This document shows, piece after piece, positions 1 through 11,407 of a stretch of DNA of 64,000 bases. The notes under the pieces were generated by a model that did no database searches, had not been told where the DNA came from, and saw only the letters and a program-made list of their open reading frames with translations. The position numbers and the translations under genes are program-made. Origin of the DNA: Thermogladius sp. GTDB lineage: Archaea > Thermoproteota > Thermoprotei_A > Sulfolobales > Desulfurococcaceae. Location: assembly GCA_022759365.1 (NCBI GenBank), contig JAEMPJ010000007.1, forward strand, positions 9,372 through 73,371, written 5' to 3'. Each line of letters starts with the position of its first letter. Position 1 is the stretch's first letter.

Positions 1-129
1 ATGTAACCAGGCGAAACCTTGTTACATCAGCTAGGCCTTGTCGAATGCAAAACCACCCTTATTCTAAGCCTGTGGCCTTCATATAGTGATTTTAATTAGA
101 TTGATTCAGTATTATTAAGCTTTAACAGT

Positions 130-711
130 TCAGGGCTCGAGATATATAATCATGTAACCCTTCTTACTGATTTTCTCAACCCTCCCATAGACTTTACTTG
201 CCTTCTCTAAGATGCTCTCCCCACCCCTCGCCAAGACGAATTGTGCCCACCCGCCGGGTTCAAGGTAGTTGATTGCGTTCAACACTATTTTCTCCACAAC
301 GCTCATTCCAGCTGAGAGAGGTGGGTTAGAGTATATCGCGTTGAACCTTAAGCCCTTAAACGGGGTGTAGGAGTCCCCCTCTACTACTGTGACTCTATCT
401 TCAACTCTATTCAACCTGGCATTCATTTTCGCTACTTTCACTGCGAGAGGGTTGATATCAACCATGAACACCCTAATGTTCGGTGAAACCTTGGCTACGG
501 ATATACCTATAACCCCGTAACCGCACCCGACGTCTAGGACGTTGCCCCGTGGTGGTATTTTCAAGTACTCCAGGAGTAGGCGTGTCCCTTCATCCACCTT
601 GCTTCCCGAGAACAAGCTGGTGTAGGATACGAATTGGAGGGTTACCCCTCTGTAGACAAACGGGATTAACACTTTTTCCCCTAAACTCCCCTTCCTGAAA
701 TAATGGGTCAA
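130..711 (-). CDS. Class I SAM-dependent methyltransferase, RsmC/RlmG-like small-domain MTase
   Basis: SAM motif I VLDVGCGYGVIGI, motif IV YSNPPL, and upstream FSGSKVDEGTRLLLE typical of the MTS family. Its start overlaps the cbf5 stop by 4 nt. Confidence 0.7.
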   Translation of the reverse strand: MTHYFRKGSLGEKVLIPFVYRGVTLQFVSYTSLFSGSKVDEGTRLLLEYLKIPPRGNVLDVGCGYGVIGISVAKVSPNIRVFMVDINPLAVKVAKMNARLNRVEDRVTVVEGDSYTPFKGLRFNAIYSNPPLSAGMSVVEKIVLNAINYLEPGGWAQFVLARGGESILEKASKVYGRVEKISKKGYMIIYLEP

Positions 712-1781
712 GTCCCTGAAACCTGCCTCCTCCAGGCTTGTGGATACACTCCTGTCGGCATATACACCCTCTTAACTTTGACGACAACGCCCCTGCTCAT
801 ATTCTTGATCTCCCCCGAGTCGTACTGTGAGACCCCTAGGGCGACTAGTTCGCCTTTTAAAGTGAGCAGAGCCACGGTCGAACCCTTTCTAACATCGCTG
901 GTCAACCTGGCAACACCAGGGGCAGCTAGGTTGGCGCCGTGGGCTACCGCGTCTACAGCTGTGTCCAAGATCATAATCTTGGGCATGTGGACAATCGATA
1001 CTTCAACGGGCTGTACAACCCTCCTCAGCAGTCTCTCGTCCCCGCTCTCCCTCCACAAGGTGACCGCCTCCATCACCTCCTGCATCGTGAACAATGTTTC
1101 ATCCTCTTTGAAAGGCCCCGTCCTAGTCCTCCTCAACTCCCTCATGTGGGCTCCAACACCCAGGAGCAAGCCCATGTCGTGGGCTAGTTTCCTCATGTAA
1201 GTCCCTGGGTCTGATGTAACCCTTAACAAAGCAAACCTTCCAGTGTATTCGAGGAGCTCTATTTCATAGATCCTCCTCTTCCTCAAAGTCCTCTTCACGC
1301 TCGACCTGAGGGGCGGCCTCTGGTAGATCTCCCCTCTAAAATACTCTACAACCCTCCTCAGCTTATCCTCCTCGACTTTATCGTGTAATTGGACAACCAT
1401 CACGTATTCTTTAACCGTGTGTACTACATTGCCTATAACCTTAGTAGCGTTCTCCAACCCTACAGGCAGGACACCTGTAACCTTGGGGTATCCCCGCCCT
1501 CTTCACGAGGGCTCTAGGGTACCCCCGTGCCCAGCCTTGCTGACCCCTAGTAATCTCTTAACCCACGCGACGACCTCATGGCTCGTTGGCCCAGGCGGCT
1601 TATCTAGATTTATCACCCCGTTCACTATGTGCTCTTGAATAGGCCTCTCGTAGGGTAGCTTACCGTAATCAGGGGATGTATCTGCTTCTCTAACCGTGAT
1701 CCACTCGTTTTTATACCCGGCTCTCACCGTGATATGGTCTATGAAGGCCAGGGCTTTCTCGACTATACCCATCCACCGCAC
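708..1781 (-). CDS. cbf5: H/ACA RNP pseudouridine synthase Cbf5 (TruB family), encoded as two exons (1781..1513 and 1488..708) separated by a 24-nt intron
   Basis: ORF 1503..1781 ends GHGGTLEPS*. ORF 708..1457 continues upstream in-frame as PKVTGVLPVGLENATKVIGN. Removing 1489..1512 restores the universal TruB motif GHGGTLDPKVTG including the catalytic Asp. A PUA-like C-terminus is present. The spliced product is about 349 aa. Confidence 0.85.
1489..1512 (-). other. Putative endonuclease-spliced pre-mRNA intron in cbf5 (boundary ambiguous by 1 nt)
   Basis: The minus-strand insert GCCCUCGUGAAGAGGGCGGGGAUA contains an in-frame UGA and a 6-bp hairpin GCCCUC/GAGGGC. It splits the GA|C Asp codon, and excision keeps the reading frame. 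Confidence 0.7.
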
Positions 1782-1955
1782 CCTAGTCTTATGTTATAGA
1801 AGGGCGTATTTAATCATGCTATAACGCATCTCCCGTCTCTTTGGCCCTTGGGCATCTACACGGGCTCAACTGGTTTTAGGATCCCATATAATTCTAAGTT
1901 GTGTGAGTATCCCAAAATTTCTTCTTGTTTTCTACCATGATTTTCAAAAAGCTAC

Positions 1956-2252
1956 TCAGATAGCTTTCGGGGAGATTTTAATTTTTTCTCTCATGAAGTC
2001 CGTTAGACCGCTCTCCCCAATCGCTTTGAGCACTTCCTCGTCGCTCGCACCTCTAGAAATCGCCACTTTCTTATCAAGAGGCTCGATGTGCTTGATGTTG
2101 ACCCTCCTCCTTTTCACGCCCGTTAGACTCTTCGGCCCTGTTATCAAGACGAATGTGTCATCAATTATGTCCACAATCACGCATTTCCTGCCTGCTTCTC
2201 TACCGGTTAGTTTGACGCATATCCTACCTATTTCAATAGCAGGCATAATCAA
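1956..2252 (-). CDS. rpl14e: 50S ribosomal protein L14e
   Basis: [24 protein letters not shown] is a KOW-like L14e signature. Position between cmk and cbf5 matches other crenarchaea. Confidence 0.85.
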   Translation of the reverse strand: MIMPAIEIGRICVKLTGREAGRKCVIVDIIDDTFVLITGPKSLTGVKRRRVNIKHIEPLDKKVAISRGASDEEVLKAIGESGLTDFMREKIKISPKAI

Positions 2253-2257
2253 CCCCC

Positions 2258-2818
2258 TTAATGAATAGCAGTTTTTCGTGTTTTTAAAAACTTGTCTATA
2301 CTCGACTTTATGATCGCGAATGTTTCGTCTACTGTCAGAGTTGAAGTGTCTACTATGAGGTTGAATATGGATAAATCCGTTGGATCTATCCCGTAGTATT
2401 CAATAAACCTCTTTCTCTGGACGGTTTCACGTATAATTGTCTCGCGGAGCGCCTGATTAAAAGGCTTGCCGTCTCTCGCGGCTATTCTCTGGACGCGGAT
2501 GTTCAGGGGGGCCGTTATGTATATTTTGAAATCGACTATATCGCTTGCAATCCACGCGGTTAAATGCCCGTCTAAGACGATGTTGTCCTCTAACGCGAGT
2601 TGGAATGTCCTCCGGTCGATCTCTAAGTCTATGCTGGGGTCTCTAGCCGCTATTAGCGATAGCTCCTCGATGGTGAGACCCCTCGACCTAGCTATCTCCC
2701 TGAAAATACTTCCAGCAGAGTAGTAGACTAGAGAATACGCGTCCGCTATTCTTCTAGCCTGAGTCGTCTTACCGCTACCAGGAGGCCCGCTTACAGCTAT
2801 CCGAACCAAAACCGGCAC
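2258..2818 (-). CDS. cmk: Archaeal-type cytidylate kinase
   Basis: P-loop [10 protein letters not shown], length 186 aa, in the conserved L34e-cmk-L14e context. Confidence 0.8.
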   Translation of the reverse strand: MPVLVRIAVSGPPGSGKTTQARRIADAYSLVYYSAGSIFREIARSRGLTIEELSLIAARDPSIDLEIDRRTFQLALEDNIVLDGHLTAWIASDIVDFKIYITAPLNIRVQRIAARDGKPFNQALRETIIRETVQRKRFIEYYGIDPTDLSIFNLIVDTSTLTVDETFAIIKSSIDKFLKTRKTAIH

Positions 2819-2839
2819 CGCTCTGAGGGGGTTTGGAGG

Positions 2840-3112
2840 TTAGGCGGCAGCCCTAGCAGACTGCCTCAGCAGTCTCGCAAGGCATCTCGGGCAGATCACG
2901 CCGCCGTAAATCCTCTCAGGCCTCTTCTCCGTCTTAGCCAGCTTCCTCAACTGGCTAGGCCTCAGCCTTGGAACGCCGTTCAAAGGCCTCCCGCAGATTG
3001 CGCAGTGTGCGACCGAAGGCTTCCTCTTCTCATAGTGTATCTTCAGCTCACCGCCAGGCGTCCTAACAACAACCCTCCTTAGACTCCTAGACCTGTACAT
3101 TGGCCTAGGCAT
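2840..3112 (-). CDS. rpl34e: 50S ribosomal protein L34e
   Basis: N-terminus [21 protein letters not shown] and zinc-ribbon-like CAICGRPL...CPRC. Confidence 0.9.
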   Translation of the reverse strand: MPRPMYRSRSLRRVVVRTPGGELKIHYEKRKPSVAHCAICGRPLNGVPRLRPSQLRKLAKTEKRPERIYGGVICPRCLARLLRQSARAAA

Positions 3113-3177
3113 CCTTGTAACCCTCGCGGTTCCTATCGTGTAATCCTGAAAATCGGCTTGGAGCTTTATAAATCCTA

Positions 3178-4614
3178 CTACTCGCCAATAAGCTTCTTCA
3201 GCAATGGGTATGCCTCGAGAGCCCTCTCGTAGGCTATCAGCATGTAGTACTGTTGGACGATACCTATTGCCAGGAGTAGGCCCATCCCACCGCCGTATAC
3301 GCCGAGAACATCCGAGAGCGCAGCTAGGACACCGACTATCAGGCTTGAGAGAATTGTAAGCGGTGTAATGTATTTCTCGAGCATTTTCTCAAGTATCTTC
3401 GGGTTCCTCCTCATCCCGGGCACCTCCATCCCGCTGTCGACTAATTGCTGTGCTTGAGCTGAAGCGTTTAAACCCGATACTTCAACCCACATGTAGCCGA
3501 ACACTATTGAGAGCGATACCAGCACAACAATGTAGACAACAGTCTTGACGGGGTCAGCGTACGCGCTGTAAACCCCTAGCGGGGAGTTCAAGTAGTAGGC
3601 CAAGCCGCCAACCAGGTTCCCGTTCTGATCGTAGGTGGCCAGTGCATTAACCAGCCACTGAGGTATTACTCCACCGCCGTAGGTTCTAAACAGCGAGGCG
3701 AAAACGAGTATGTCTGCGTAGAGTATTCCGACGAAGAGGACTGGGATGTTCGACACATAGAGGAATTGGAGGGGTATCCTAGTCTTGATGGATTGAAGCC
3801 TAGGCGTGGTGATCGGTATGTTTACTTTTATGTTACTCAAGTAGATTAACAGGATTGAGACGACTATTGTAGCTATTAACCCGACGAGATCCCTGCCTCC
3901 TGGTCTCACCATCACGCTGGATATACTGCCGCCGCTCGACAAAACTTGGATCAAGTAGGGTATTAGACCAATGGCTGCGCCGTTTATTACGACAGGGCTG
4001 AACGTGTTCCAGAATATTATGGTCGCCACGCCTGCTAGTATGAACAGGCTTACACCAGATCCGATCCCCCAGCCCTTCTGTATCATCTCGTCGAGGAGTA
4101 TAGCTACGTAGGCGCCAGCGAAGATCTCCAGGCCGACAACAAGCCTCGCAACCCAGGAGGCTGAGCATGATGTAAACGGGTTCGACCCGGTGACAGGCCA
4201 GTACCTGCAGGAGAGGACATACATGGCTGCCTCGAAGACAGCTAGTATTACAGCGAGGGTTTTCTGCGCTGAAGTAAACTTCTTCCTGTCTTCGGGGTTC
4301 GTCAAGTCTAGATCTATGAGTTTAGCGCCAACAAGGATCTGCATTATCAAGCCCGCTGTAACAATAGGCCCGATACCGAGCTCCATTAAAGTACCTCTAT
4401 TAGAGGCGAATATTACCTGGATTAGCAGTATCTGCTGCTGCGGCTGGATCGGGATACCGTATAGGGGCGTGTTCGCCATGATCAAATACGCGATTAAAGC
4501 CATCGCGGTCCAAAACAACCTCTCGTAGAGTGATGGTTTCCTCTCCGGCTTCTTGGCTGTAGGCATGTAATCGGCGATCCTGGCCATCACATCTAGAGTA
4601 CCCATTACCAACAC
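3178..4614 (-). CDS. secY: Preprotein translocase subunit SecY
   Basis: 478-aa polytopic membrane protein downstream of L15, with SecY-like segments ([23 protein letters not shown]). Confidence 0.95.
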   Translation of the reverse strand: MLVMGTLDVMARIADYMPTAKKPERKPSLYERLFWTAMALIAYLIMANTPLYGIPIQPQQQILLIQVIFASNRGTLMELGIGPIVTAGLIMQILVGAKLIDLDLTNPEDRKKFTSAQKTLAVILAVFEAAMYVLSCRYWPVTGSNPFTSCSASWVARLVVGLEIFAGAYVAILLDEMIQKGWGIGSGVSLFILAGVATIIFWNTFSPVVINGAAIGLIPYLIQVLSSGGSISSVMVRPGGRDLVGLIATIVVSILLIYLSNIKVNIPITTPRLQSIKTRIPLQFLYVSNIPVLFVGILYADILVFASLFRTYGGGVIPQWLVNALATYDQNGNLVGGLAYYLNSPLGVYSAYADPVKTVVYIVVLVSLSIVFGYMWVEVSGLNASAQAQQLVDSGMEVPGMRRNPKILEKMLEKYITPLTILSSLIVGVLAALSDVLGVYGGGMGLLLAIGIVQQYYMLIAYERALEAYPLLKKLIGE

Positions 4615-4712
4615 CGTTTTCTCCAGAGAGCCGACGCAACTACTTGGGTTAAAGATGCCTCCCGGCTATTAAAACTTAACCGCCACGTTGAAAAAACTTT
4701 TACTTACTTTAC

Positions 4713-5159
4713 TTACTCTAGGAGTTGGACTACGCCACCCGCCTCCTCAATCTTCCTCCTAGCGTTCTCGGTGATGTATTCGGTTATCACTTTCATCCTT
4801 TTCGTTACCTTCCCCTTCCCAGTCACCTTGTTGAAGCCGAGCTTCGTGGCGTCTATAACAATCATGCCTTCCTCCACTACAGCTTTGCCCTCTCTAACAA
4901 GTTTATCCGCGATCTCATCGAGTACTCCGACGTTGATTTCCCTCACAAGCTCCGTCCTGCTAGTCGGGTTCACGAAGCCGTGTTTACCATACCAGTCGGG
5001 CGCGTACTTCAACATCCATATCCACTTGTGCTTATGCTGGCCCACCGCACCAAATCCACCTCTAGAACCACTCTTCCTGTGCTGTCCCACCCTACCCCAG
5101 CCCATCGTCCTGGTCCTACCCCTTAGCTTCCTGCTCTTCTTCCTCTTCCTCACGACCAC
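4713..5159 (-). CDS. rpl15: 50S ribosomal protein uL15
   Basis: Basic Gly-rich N-terminus [26 protein letters not shown]. Operon position is L30-L15-SecY. Confidence 0.9.
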   Translation of the reverse strand: MVVRKRKKSRKLRGRTRTMGWGRVGQHRKSGSRGGFGAVGQHKHKWIWMLKYAPDWYGKHGFVNPTSRTELVREINVGVLDEIADKLVREGKAVVEEGMIVIDATKLGFNKVTGKGKVTKRMKVITEYITENARRKIEEAGGVVQLLE

Positions 5160-5169
5160 GATACACCAC

Positions 5170-5652
5170 CTACAGCATTCTTTTAATCAAATCGTTGATC
5201 CCGCTACCACGGTAGCCTAATTCGCCGTGATCCCCTATGGGCTTTTTAACGCTTCCCTTAAACCCTCCTCTAGGGGGGTGTAACCGGAAGACGGGTTTGA
5301 TGACGTCCTGCTTGTGGAGGACTATCTCGCCTGACGATATCTTTCTCGCCAGCTCCTCAAAGCTGTCCACGTTGAAGAACTTCTTCAGGATGTCTCTACT
5401 TAGCTTCAAGCCTCCCTTGACACGCCCCCTCTTCTCCAAGAGCAGGGCAAGCGTCTCCTCATCTATCTCACCCCAGGTAACCCAGTCTTTCACCTTCATC
5501 AGCATTCCTTCTAAGCCGGGTAGATCCTTCGGGTATATCACCAAACTATACTTCCTCCTTAGTCTAAGCAGGTTGAGAGTATGCTCGACGTCCGCAGGGG
5601 TGTCGGGTATCCCCCTGATCCTTATCACAGCGTAGAGTACTGGCATCCCCAA
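5170..5652 (-). CDS. rpl30: 50S ribosomal protein uL30
   Basis: [28 protein letters not shown] signature. Position between S5 and L15. Confidence 0.9.
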   Translation of the reverse strand: MGMPVLYAVIRIRGIPDTPADVEHTLNLLRLRRKYSLVIYPKDLPGLEGMLMKVKDWVTWGEIDEETLALLLEKRGRVKGGLKLSRDILKKFFNVDSFEELARKISSGEIVLHKQDVIKPVFRLHPPRGGFKGSVKKPIGDHGELGYRGSGINDLIKRML

Positions 5653-5656
5653 ACCC

Positions 5657-6313
5657 CTACCCTCTCAGCCAGTCGAGCGGTGTAACGAACCTGTATGTGT
5701 TTTTAAGGGCGTTGACTGTCGCCTTAGCGAAGTTTACTGTGGTTCTCGTCTCACCGAACGTGTCTGTCCAGGCATCCTTTATACCCGCCAACCTCAGGAC
5801 AACCTTGGCGACCTCACCTGCCACAAGCCCCGTCCCCTTTGGGGCTGGTTTTATGATAACTCTCACACTACCGCTTTTACCTTCAACAGTGAAGGGGACG
5901 CTATGCGGCTCACCACACCTACACTCCCAGCTACCACACCCCCTCCTGACGGGAACTATGTTTAACTTGGCGTCTCTGATAGCTTTGTTCAAGGCTTCAA
6001 CGTATTGTTTTGCCTTACCCAACCCCACGCCAACAAAACCGTCTTCGTTGCCGACGACAACTATAACCCTGAACCTTGTCCTCCTGCCCGCGTCAGTCAT
6101 TTTCTGGACTAGACCAGCGTCTATCCTCTCGTACTTCAAATTAGGTAGAAGGTAGTCAACTATCTCCGGCTCCAACAAGGGGAGGTTCCTATCGAATATC
6201 TCCTTCAACGACGTGATCTTGCCTTCAAGCACTAGTTTACCCACTCTAGTCCTCGGAACCCACTTCTCTAAAGCCGCTTTATCCACCGCGCTCGAGCTCA
6301 TATCAACCACCAT
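5657..6313 (-). CDS. rps5: 30S ribosomal protein uS5
   Basis: [22 protein letters not shown] and [21 protein letters not shown] motifs. Confidence 0.92.
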   Translation of the reverse strand: MVVDMSSSAVDKAALEKWVPRTRVGKLVLEGKITSLKEIFDRNLPLLEPEIVDYLLPNLKYERIDAGLVQKMTDAGRRTRFRVIVVVGNEDGFVGVGLGKAKQYVEALNKAIRDAKLNIVPVRRGCGSWECRCGEPHSVPFTVEGKSGSVRVIIKPAPKGTGLVAGEVAKVVLRLAGIKDAWTDTFGETRTTVNFAKATVNALKNTYRFVTPLDWLRG

Positions 6314-6902
6314 ACTCCACTATTATCTTCTTCTTAACCTCCTCGAAGTGTTGTGGGAGCTCCTCAGGGTTTAAACCTTTCGCCAAATACCTCGAGAAGT
6401 ATCTCTCTAATAGACCTTTCTCTCTAAGGATTTTAGACCACGAAGCTATATGCTCCCCTCTAATCCTATCATCGCTCGGGAACATCCCTTCACCCACAGG
6501 TATACTCAGGCCGGCGTCTATCCCGCCTTTAGCGGCTGCGAACACTATCCCTCCCTTCACAGGTTTATGAAGTCCTATATCGAGAATCGCTTCTTTAATA
6601 CCCTTCCTCAAAGCCCTATAGCCTGCTAAAAGCCCTGTTAAATATGCTGAGGGGGTGTTAGCCGTGCCGCCTTTCCAACCGTACTTCTTGACTAGCTCGT
6701 TGGAGTGTGCTGAAGCCACTATGTAGTCTCCGTTCGGCTTAGCTACTGCTACTTGAACCCAGATGTAGTTCAGGGTTTTCCTTACAATGAACCTCGGCTT
6801 CCCGGATATCACCATCCTGTATCTCTTGTAGTAGTTTGTTTTACCCTCTCTCCTCCTTCTCTTCGGAACCTTGTATCTAGGTCCTCTAGCCATATCCAAC
6901 AC
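6303..6902 (-). CDS. rpl18: 50S ribosomal protein uL18
   Basis: [18 protein letters not shown]-terminus. Position between L19e and S5. Confidence 0.9.
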   Translation of the reverse strand: MLDMARGPRYKVPKRRRREGKTNYYKRYRMVISGKPRFIVRKTLNYIWVQVAVAKPNGDYIVASAHSNELVKKYGWKGGTANTPSAYLTGLLAGYRALRKGIKEAILDIGLHKPVKGGIVFAAAKGGIDAGLSIPVGEGMFPSDDRIRGEHIASWSKILREKGLLERYFSRYLAKGLNPEELPQHFEEVKKKIIVEYGG

Positions 6903-7355
6903 CTACTTTTTCAAAATGCCTTGCTCAACAAGGTATGTTCGGAGGGAGTTGAAGGACTTGAAGAAACCACCCTTCGCAAGCATGTAAAGCCTCCTGTAAG
7001 TCTTCTTGTCTATAAGCTTCCTATCCCTCAAGTACCTTAGATACCTCCTCATCTTCCTAATCTTATTCATCCACGCCTCTTTTTCATCCATTCTAGCCGT
7101 CCTAACTCCCTTCCTCTTCCCACTTCCCCTCCTCCTACCCTTCTTCCTCTGGGCGTGCCTTACTTTACTACTGTACCCAGCGTTCCTGTGAACCGGGACG
7201 ACATAGATGGCTTTTTCTTCGATAAGCCTCTTAATCTCCTCTCTTGTTATAGCATCAGCGACATCATCCACCCTAGCTGGATCCACTCTAATTCTCGAGA
7301 CACCTACCCCAAGTATCTCGGAGGCTAATCTCTTCTGGAAAGTTAGGTCACTCAT
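6903..7355 (-). CDS. rpl19e: 50S ribosomal protein L19e
   Basis: QKRLASEILGVGVSRIRVDP start and a basic RKKGRRRGSGKRKG stretch. Confidence 0.9.
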   Translation of the reverse strand: MSDLTFQKRLASEILGVGVSRIRVDPARVDDVADAITREEIKRLIEEKAIYVVPVHRNAGYSSKVRHAQRKKGRRRGSGKRKGVRTARMDEKEAWMNKIRKMRRYLRYLRDRKLIDKKTYRRLYMLAKGGFFKSFNSLRTYLVEQGILKK

Positions 7356-7801
7356 CCGCTACGCACCTCCACCACGGCCGGGGGGTTAGCCACTTTGAAG
7401 CCTCTCGATACAGCTGCTCTGTAAATCTCGATCTTCTTCTTCAACCCTGTATTGCCACTTATATATATAATGTTCTTCGAGGGATCCAATTTGTTGAGTT
7501 CCTCAAGGGTCGATACAACCGCCGGGATTAGCCCGGATGGGTGGTAGCCTCTTACTTCGGATGGCCCGCCGTAACCCACCGATACTAGAGGCGGATAGCC
7601 TTTCAGTTTTCTTTTAACCTTGTTGTCAATGCCCTTGGGCTTACGCCATTTAGGATCGTTCTTGAACTTCGGTTTCTTCCACCACAAGTACCGCAGGAAC
7701 TCGGGTTTCTTGGATTTAATCCTCTCCCTTAACTTTAGCAAGCGTTCTATGTCATCTCTCAATTCCAACACCCCTCTCATATAGGTAAATGCCGTCAGCA
7801 A
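7352..7801 (-). CDS. rpl32e: 50S ribosomal protein L32e (start may be the internal Met at about 7780)
   Basis: KKPEFLRYLWWKKPKF...WRKPKGIDNKVKR signature. Confidence 0.88.
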   Translation of the reverse strand: MLTAFTYMRGVLELRDDIERLLKLRERIKSKKPEFLRYLWWKKPKFKNDPKWRKPKGIDNKVKRKLKGYPPLVSVGYGGPSEVRGYHPSGLIPAVVSTLEELNKLDPSKNIIYISGNTGLKKKIEIYRAAVSRGFKVANPPAVVEVRSG

Positions 7802-8324
7802 AAATCCTCCTGTCGAGGTCTCTTATCTTAGTAGCTCTCTCTATGTTAGCCGCTGTTTGACCGACCTCCTCAATATCTATGCCTGTTACGATAACGTCCT
7901 CGCCGGATACCTTTACTTTCACGTTTCTTCCATGGATCTTCGCTATCCTATCGGCTTTTTCCCCGAGGAAGTTCTTTATCCTAACAACATTGTTCTTCTC
8001 ATCGACCTGCACAGTGATTGGGAAGTGTGAGTAAATTATCTTAAGCTTGTATGTGAAGCCTTTTGTCACACCCGTTATCATGTTCTCGATGTGTGCCGCT
8101 ATAGTGCCTACCAGGGCCTTTTTCTTCCTGTCCAGCAAATACCCCTCTACAATAACTCTGTTCCCTTCCACTCTAATCCCGACACCTTTAGCATGGCTGA
8201 AATCTTTCTCCAGCTCTCCAAGAGGCCCTTTAACCCTGACCTTCAACCCTTCTACTTCAACGCTAACGTTATCGGGTATATTGATCGTAGAGCTGGAATA
8301 CACTGCCTTAGCCATCCCCACCAC
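7752..8324 (-). CDS. rpl6: 50S ribosomal protein uL6
   Basis: IPDNVSVEVEGLKVRVKGPLGEL and a two-domain L6 pattern. Position S8-L6-L32e. Confidence 0.92.
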   Translation of the reverse strand: MVGMAKAVYSSSTINIPDNVSVEVEGLKVRVKGPLGELEKDFSHAKGVGIRVEGNRVIVEGYLLDRKKKALVGTIAAHIENMITGVTKGFTYKLKIIYSHFPITVQVDEKNNVVRIKNFLGEKADRIAKIHGRNVKVKVSGEDVIVTGIDIEEVGQTAANIERATKIRDLDRRIFADGIYLYERGVGIER

Positions 8325-8717
8325 CTAGTAGACGTAGGCTAGTAGGACTCCTCCCAAATGCTTCTCGACTGCCTCCCGGTGGCTCATAACTCCGCTTGAT
8401 GTGCTTATGATTAGAACCCCGATATTGTAGGCTGGCAAGTACCTCTTCAACCACTCCGGGAATTCCACAAGCTCCCGGTACGTCACGCTAAACCTCGGCT
8501 TGATAACCCCGATCTTGTTAATCCTCCCGAGTAATTGAACCTTAACCTTACCCCACCTACCGTCGTCGATGTACTCGAATTCGCCAATATACCCCTCTCT
8601 CTGGAGAACCTTCAACACGTTTAATATGAGCTTCGACGCGGGCATTATCAATACTTCACTCTTAGACCTCATCGACGCGTTCTGAATCGCTGCCAGGGCA
8701 TTAGCGAGCGTGTCCAT
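8325..8717 (-). CDS. rps8: 30S ribosomal protein uS8 (the track ORF extends to 8735; MDTLANAL is the likely start)
   Basis: [14 protein letters not shown]-terminus and C-terminal GGVLLAYVY. Confidence 0.9.
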   Translation of the reverse strand: MDTLANALAAIQNASMRSKSEVLIMPASKLILNVLKVLQREGYIGEFEYIDDGRWGKVKVQLLGRINKIGVIKPRFSVTYRELVEFPEWLKRYLPAYNIGVLIISTSSGVMSHREAVEKHLGGVLLAYVY

Positions 8718-8763
8718 CATAACCATAAGCAACACCTCCCTCTATATTGGTTAAAAAGCTTAT

Positions 8764-8928
8764 TTAACCATATTTTTTAAACCCTATTGAAGCCGCTAGC
8801 TCTCTGAAACACTGCCTGCAAAGGTATAGCCCATATGCTTGTATAACCGCGTCCCTGGAGCCGCATCTCCTGCACTTCCTACTGCCCTTCCCATAGGTTC
8901 TTTCCTTTGGGAGCCTATACTTACCCAT
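8764..8928 (-). CDS. rps14: 30S ribosomal protein uS14, zinc-binding type (54 aa, below the ORF-track length cutoff)
   Basis: Manual translation: [54 protein letters not shown]. It has CxxC...CxxC and sits between L5 and S8. Confidence 0.9.
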   Translation of the reverse strand: MGKYRLPKERTYGKGSRKCRRCGSRDAVIQAYGLYLCRQCFRELAASIGFKKYG

Positions 8929-8936
8929 CAAACCAC

Positions 8937-9509
8937 CTACTCTGGGACTATCTCCACCCCAAGCTCCTTCTTGAGCAAGAGCATGGCTTCCTCCTTTGAA
9001 ACCCTGTGCCTCCTAGGCACTCTCTTCTTCCTCATCCTCTTCCTCCTCATAATCCTATAGCCAGGCCTCTCAATTGTTATACAAACATCCATCCCGAAAA
9101 TACCGACCTCAGGGTCGTACTTCACGCCAGGGATGTGTATGTGCTCTTTAATCCCGAAACTGACATTACCGTTGTCGTCGAAGCTCGAGGCCTTCAGCCT
9201 GTAACCAACGGCTTCTAATGCTTTCCTGAGAAAGCTCAACGCCTTCTCGCCTCTTAGAGTCACCATTGCCGCTATATTCTCGCCTTTCCTAATACCGAAA
9301 TCCCTAATAGTCCTCTTAGCCCTCCTCGGCACAGGCTTAGCACCAGTCAGCTCTTCCAGAACCTTCATCGCTTTACCCAACCTATCCGTCGCAGAACCGA
9401 CGGAGATGTTCACTGTAACTTTTGTTATCCTCGGCTTCAGCATTGGATTGCTATTCCATTTTTCCAGAATTTTCTCTTCTTCAATCACTACCCCGGATGT
9501 CATTTCCAC
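8937..9509 (-). CDS. rpl5: 50S ribosomal protein uL5
   Basis: [18 protein letters not shown] and [25 protein letters not shown] motifs. Confidence 0.92.
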   Translation of the reverse strand: MEMTSGVVIEEEKILEKWNSNPMLKPRITKVTVNISVGSATDRLGKAMKVLEELTGAKPVPRRAKRTIRDFGIRKGENIAAMVTLRGEKALSFLRKALEAVGYRLKASSFDDNGNVSFGIKEHIHIPGVKYDPEVGIFGMDVCITIERPGYRIMRRKRMRKKRVPRRHRVSKEEAMLLLKKELGVEIVPE

Positions 9510-10252
9510 GCGCCCTCCGGCAGTGTGATCAAGGGCTTCTCCTTACCTATTGGGAAAACATAGTTCAAGCTTGTCTGGAACAAGTTGCCGTTTTTATCCT
9601 CGATTACGGCTATACTCCTTCTAACACCCATACCCCTGTAAACGCTCTTCAGCAAGCCCACTCTACCAACGTTTCTCCCACCGGATATTATCACCAGGGT
9701 GTTCTCTGCGAGAGGTATGTAGTCCATTATCTTATTGTCCGCTAGGGATAGTTGTATGGTGCCAAGGGTATCGTATACATCCTCAACTGGGTTTCTTGGA
9801 TCGCTCACTCTAACCAGAACGTTCCTGCCGTCGTGTAGGTTTAGCTGGATATGACCTCCCTTAACTGTAACCTTGTCCTCAATCCTGCAGAGCTTGAACG
9901 AGGCTTCTTCCCGAGGTATCTTGACAAACCCTATGACCTTGGTTGGGACAGGCACAACCCTGTAATACTCGTCCGTTGGCACGATATGCAGGACGTCCAT
10001 GAAGCCGACTGGGAACTTGTAGTCGCGTACGACACGCCCGTCTATTCTGAAGTTCCCCTCGGCTATAAGCCTCCTAGCCTCTCTAGCGGTTTCAGCGTAC
10101 CCGAAGACGTTTCTCACAACAATTAACAGGGGTAGAGAGTACTCTATCGGGTGCGGGCCCGGGGATGGTTTAACAGCCCACTTAAACTCTTTTCTCAGAA
10201 TCGGCCAGTAGTATGGTGCCGCCAGGGCCTTTAAATGCCTCGAACCCGTCAT
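9500..10252 (-). CDS. rps4e: 30S ribosomal protein S4e
   Basis: [17 protein letters not shown]-terminus, plus S4 and KOW-like regions. Position L24-S4e-L5. Confidence 0.92.
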   Translation of the reverse strand: MTGSRHLKALAAPYYWPILRKEFKWAVKPSPGPHPIEYSLPLLIVVRNVFGYAETAREARRLIAEGNFRIDGRVVRDYKFPVGFMDVLHIVPTDEYYRVVPVPTKVIGFVKIPREEASFKLCRIEDKVTVKGGHIQLNLHDGRNVLVRVSDPRNPVEDVYDTLGTIQLSLADNKIMDYIPLAENTLVIISGGRNVGRVGLLKSVYRGMGVRRSIAVIEDKNGNLFQTSLNYVFPIGKEKPLITLPEGAWK

Positions 10253-10635
10253 TCTCCCCCACCCTTCCTCCGCTCTATGATTTTCATCCTATACTTATCG
10301 CTCAAGTCTAGCTTCGTTATCATAACCTTGCTGGGGTGAATCGGGTAATAGACTAGTGTTCCATCAGCTTTCTTCACCTGCACGCCCTCAACAAAAATCC
10401 TAGCCTTCTTCAAGTCCACGTCCACGACTTTGCCTTCATGCCCCTTCCAATCCCCTCTAAGTATCTTGACGGTGTCGCCCTTGCGTACAGGGAGCCTTTT
10501 CACACCATATTTCTCCGCGAGCTCGTCGCTTAGTTTAGCTGTGAGTAACTTGTGCCTTAAGTGTAGCTTAGCCTCGTAGAGGGCTTTACGTTGCTTAGAT
10601 GGTTTTTTAGAGGTTGTTAAAGCCATCCATCCCAC
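10249..10635 (-). CDS. rpl24: 50S ribosomal protein uL24
   Basis: KOW motif [21 protein letters not shown]. Confidence 0.9.
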   Translation of the reverse strand: MGWMALTTSKKPSKQRKALYEAKLHLRHKLLTAKLSDELAEKYGVKRLPVRKGDTVKILRGDWKGHEGKVVDVDLKKARIFVEGVQVKKADGTLVYYPIHPSKVMITKLDLSDKYRMKIIERRKGGGE

Positions 10636-11073
10636 CTAGACGATCATTGTAGCTAGGTTTGCTATCTGGGGCCACCTCTCCGCGGCCTCCCTGGCCACCG
10701 GGCCTCTTATCTCGCTCCCCTTGGGCGTCCCCTCGGGGTTAAGCAATACTACAGCGTTATCCTCGAATGCCACCCACACGCCGCTTGCCCTACGGTAAGG
10801 CCTCTTCTGTCTTATGACTATGGCTTTGAAGACCTGCTTCCTGACGCTCGGGGTACCCTTCTTAACCGTGACTACAACGAGGTCGCCTACACCAGCTGGT
10901 GGAACCCTCCTCAGCCTACCCTTGTAGCCTGGGACGCCTATTATCATTGCCTCTTTACCACCACTGTTATCGGCCACTACTACACGGGAACCGACTTGGA
11001 GACCAGTGTTAACCCTACGCCTGGAGAAAGCTGGTTTACCTGCTACAGCTCTCTTCGCGCCCATCTCAACCAC
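10636..11073 (-). CDS. rpl14: 50S ribosomal protein uL14
   Basis: [17 protein letters not shown] and [17 protein letters not shown] signatures. Confidence 0.92.
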   Translation of the reverse strand: MVEMGAKRAVAGKPAFSRRRVNTGLQVGSRVVVADNSGGKEAMIIGVPGYKGRLRRVPPAGVGDLVVVTVKKGTPSVRKQVFKAIVIRQKRPYRRASGVWVAFEDNAVVLLNPEGTPKGSEIRGPVAREAAERWPQIANLATMIV

Positions 11074-11407
11074 CCTTCTTGACTACGCCTAAAACAACAA
11101 ATGAAACACTCTTAGCCAAAGGCCTTGTCTCACCTATAACGACCACATCCCCTTCTTTCACCTTAATGCACGGCGGGAGATGAGCGTGAATATGTTTATG
11201 CCTCCTCTCATACCTCTTGTACTTGGGGTCGTAGTACAAGTAGTCGTGCCTGACGACAACCGTCCTCTGCATTTTAGCGCTTTTAACCACACCTGTTAGA
11301 ATAGCGCCTCTCACCTTCACGTGCCCGTGCCAAGGGCACTTAGGATCGTTACATGTCTCGCTAGGCGGCTCCACACCCTTAATGCCGATGTTACGCGCCA
11401 CACTCAT
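11066..11407 (-). CDS. rps17: 30S ribosomal protein uS17
   Basis: [16 protein letters not shown] and [18 protein letters not shown] signatures. Confidence 0.9.
   Translation of the reverse strand: MSVARNIGIKGVEPPSETCNDPKCPWHGHVKVRGAILTGVVKSAKMQRTVVVRHDYLYYDPKYKRYERRHKHIHAHLPPCIKVKEGDVVVIGETRPLAKSVSFVVLGVVKKGG

Noticed and set aside
1-129. Inverted repeat ATGTAAC...GTTACAT at the window start, as a possible RNA or terminator
   Set aside because: It is a 7-bp stem truncated by the window edge with no flanking context, so it cannot be interpreted.
703-1200. 165-aa plus-strand ORF and similar antisense ORFs (for example 4771..5220, 5697..6155, 18486..18980, 45282..45785)
   Set aside because: Each lies wholly inside a confidently identified gene on the opposite strand and has no recognisable motif.
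708-1781. Cbf5 as a pseudogene broken by a premature stop
   Set aside because: Both halves are full-length and in the same frame. The only defect is a 24-nt block whose removal exactly rebuilds the catalytic motif. The gene is essential and in its conserved operon position, so an intron explains this better.
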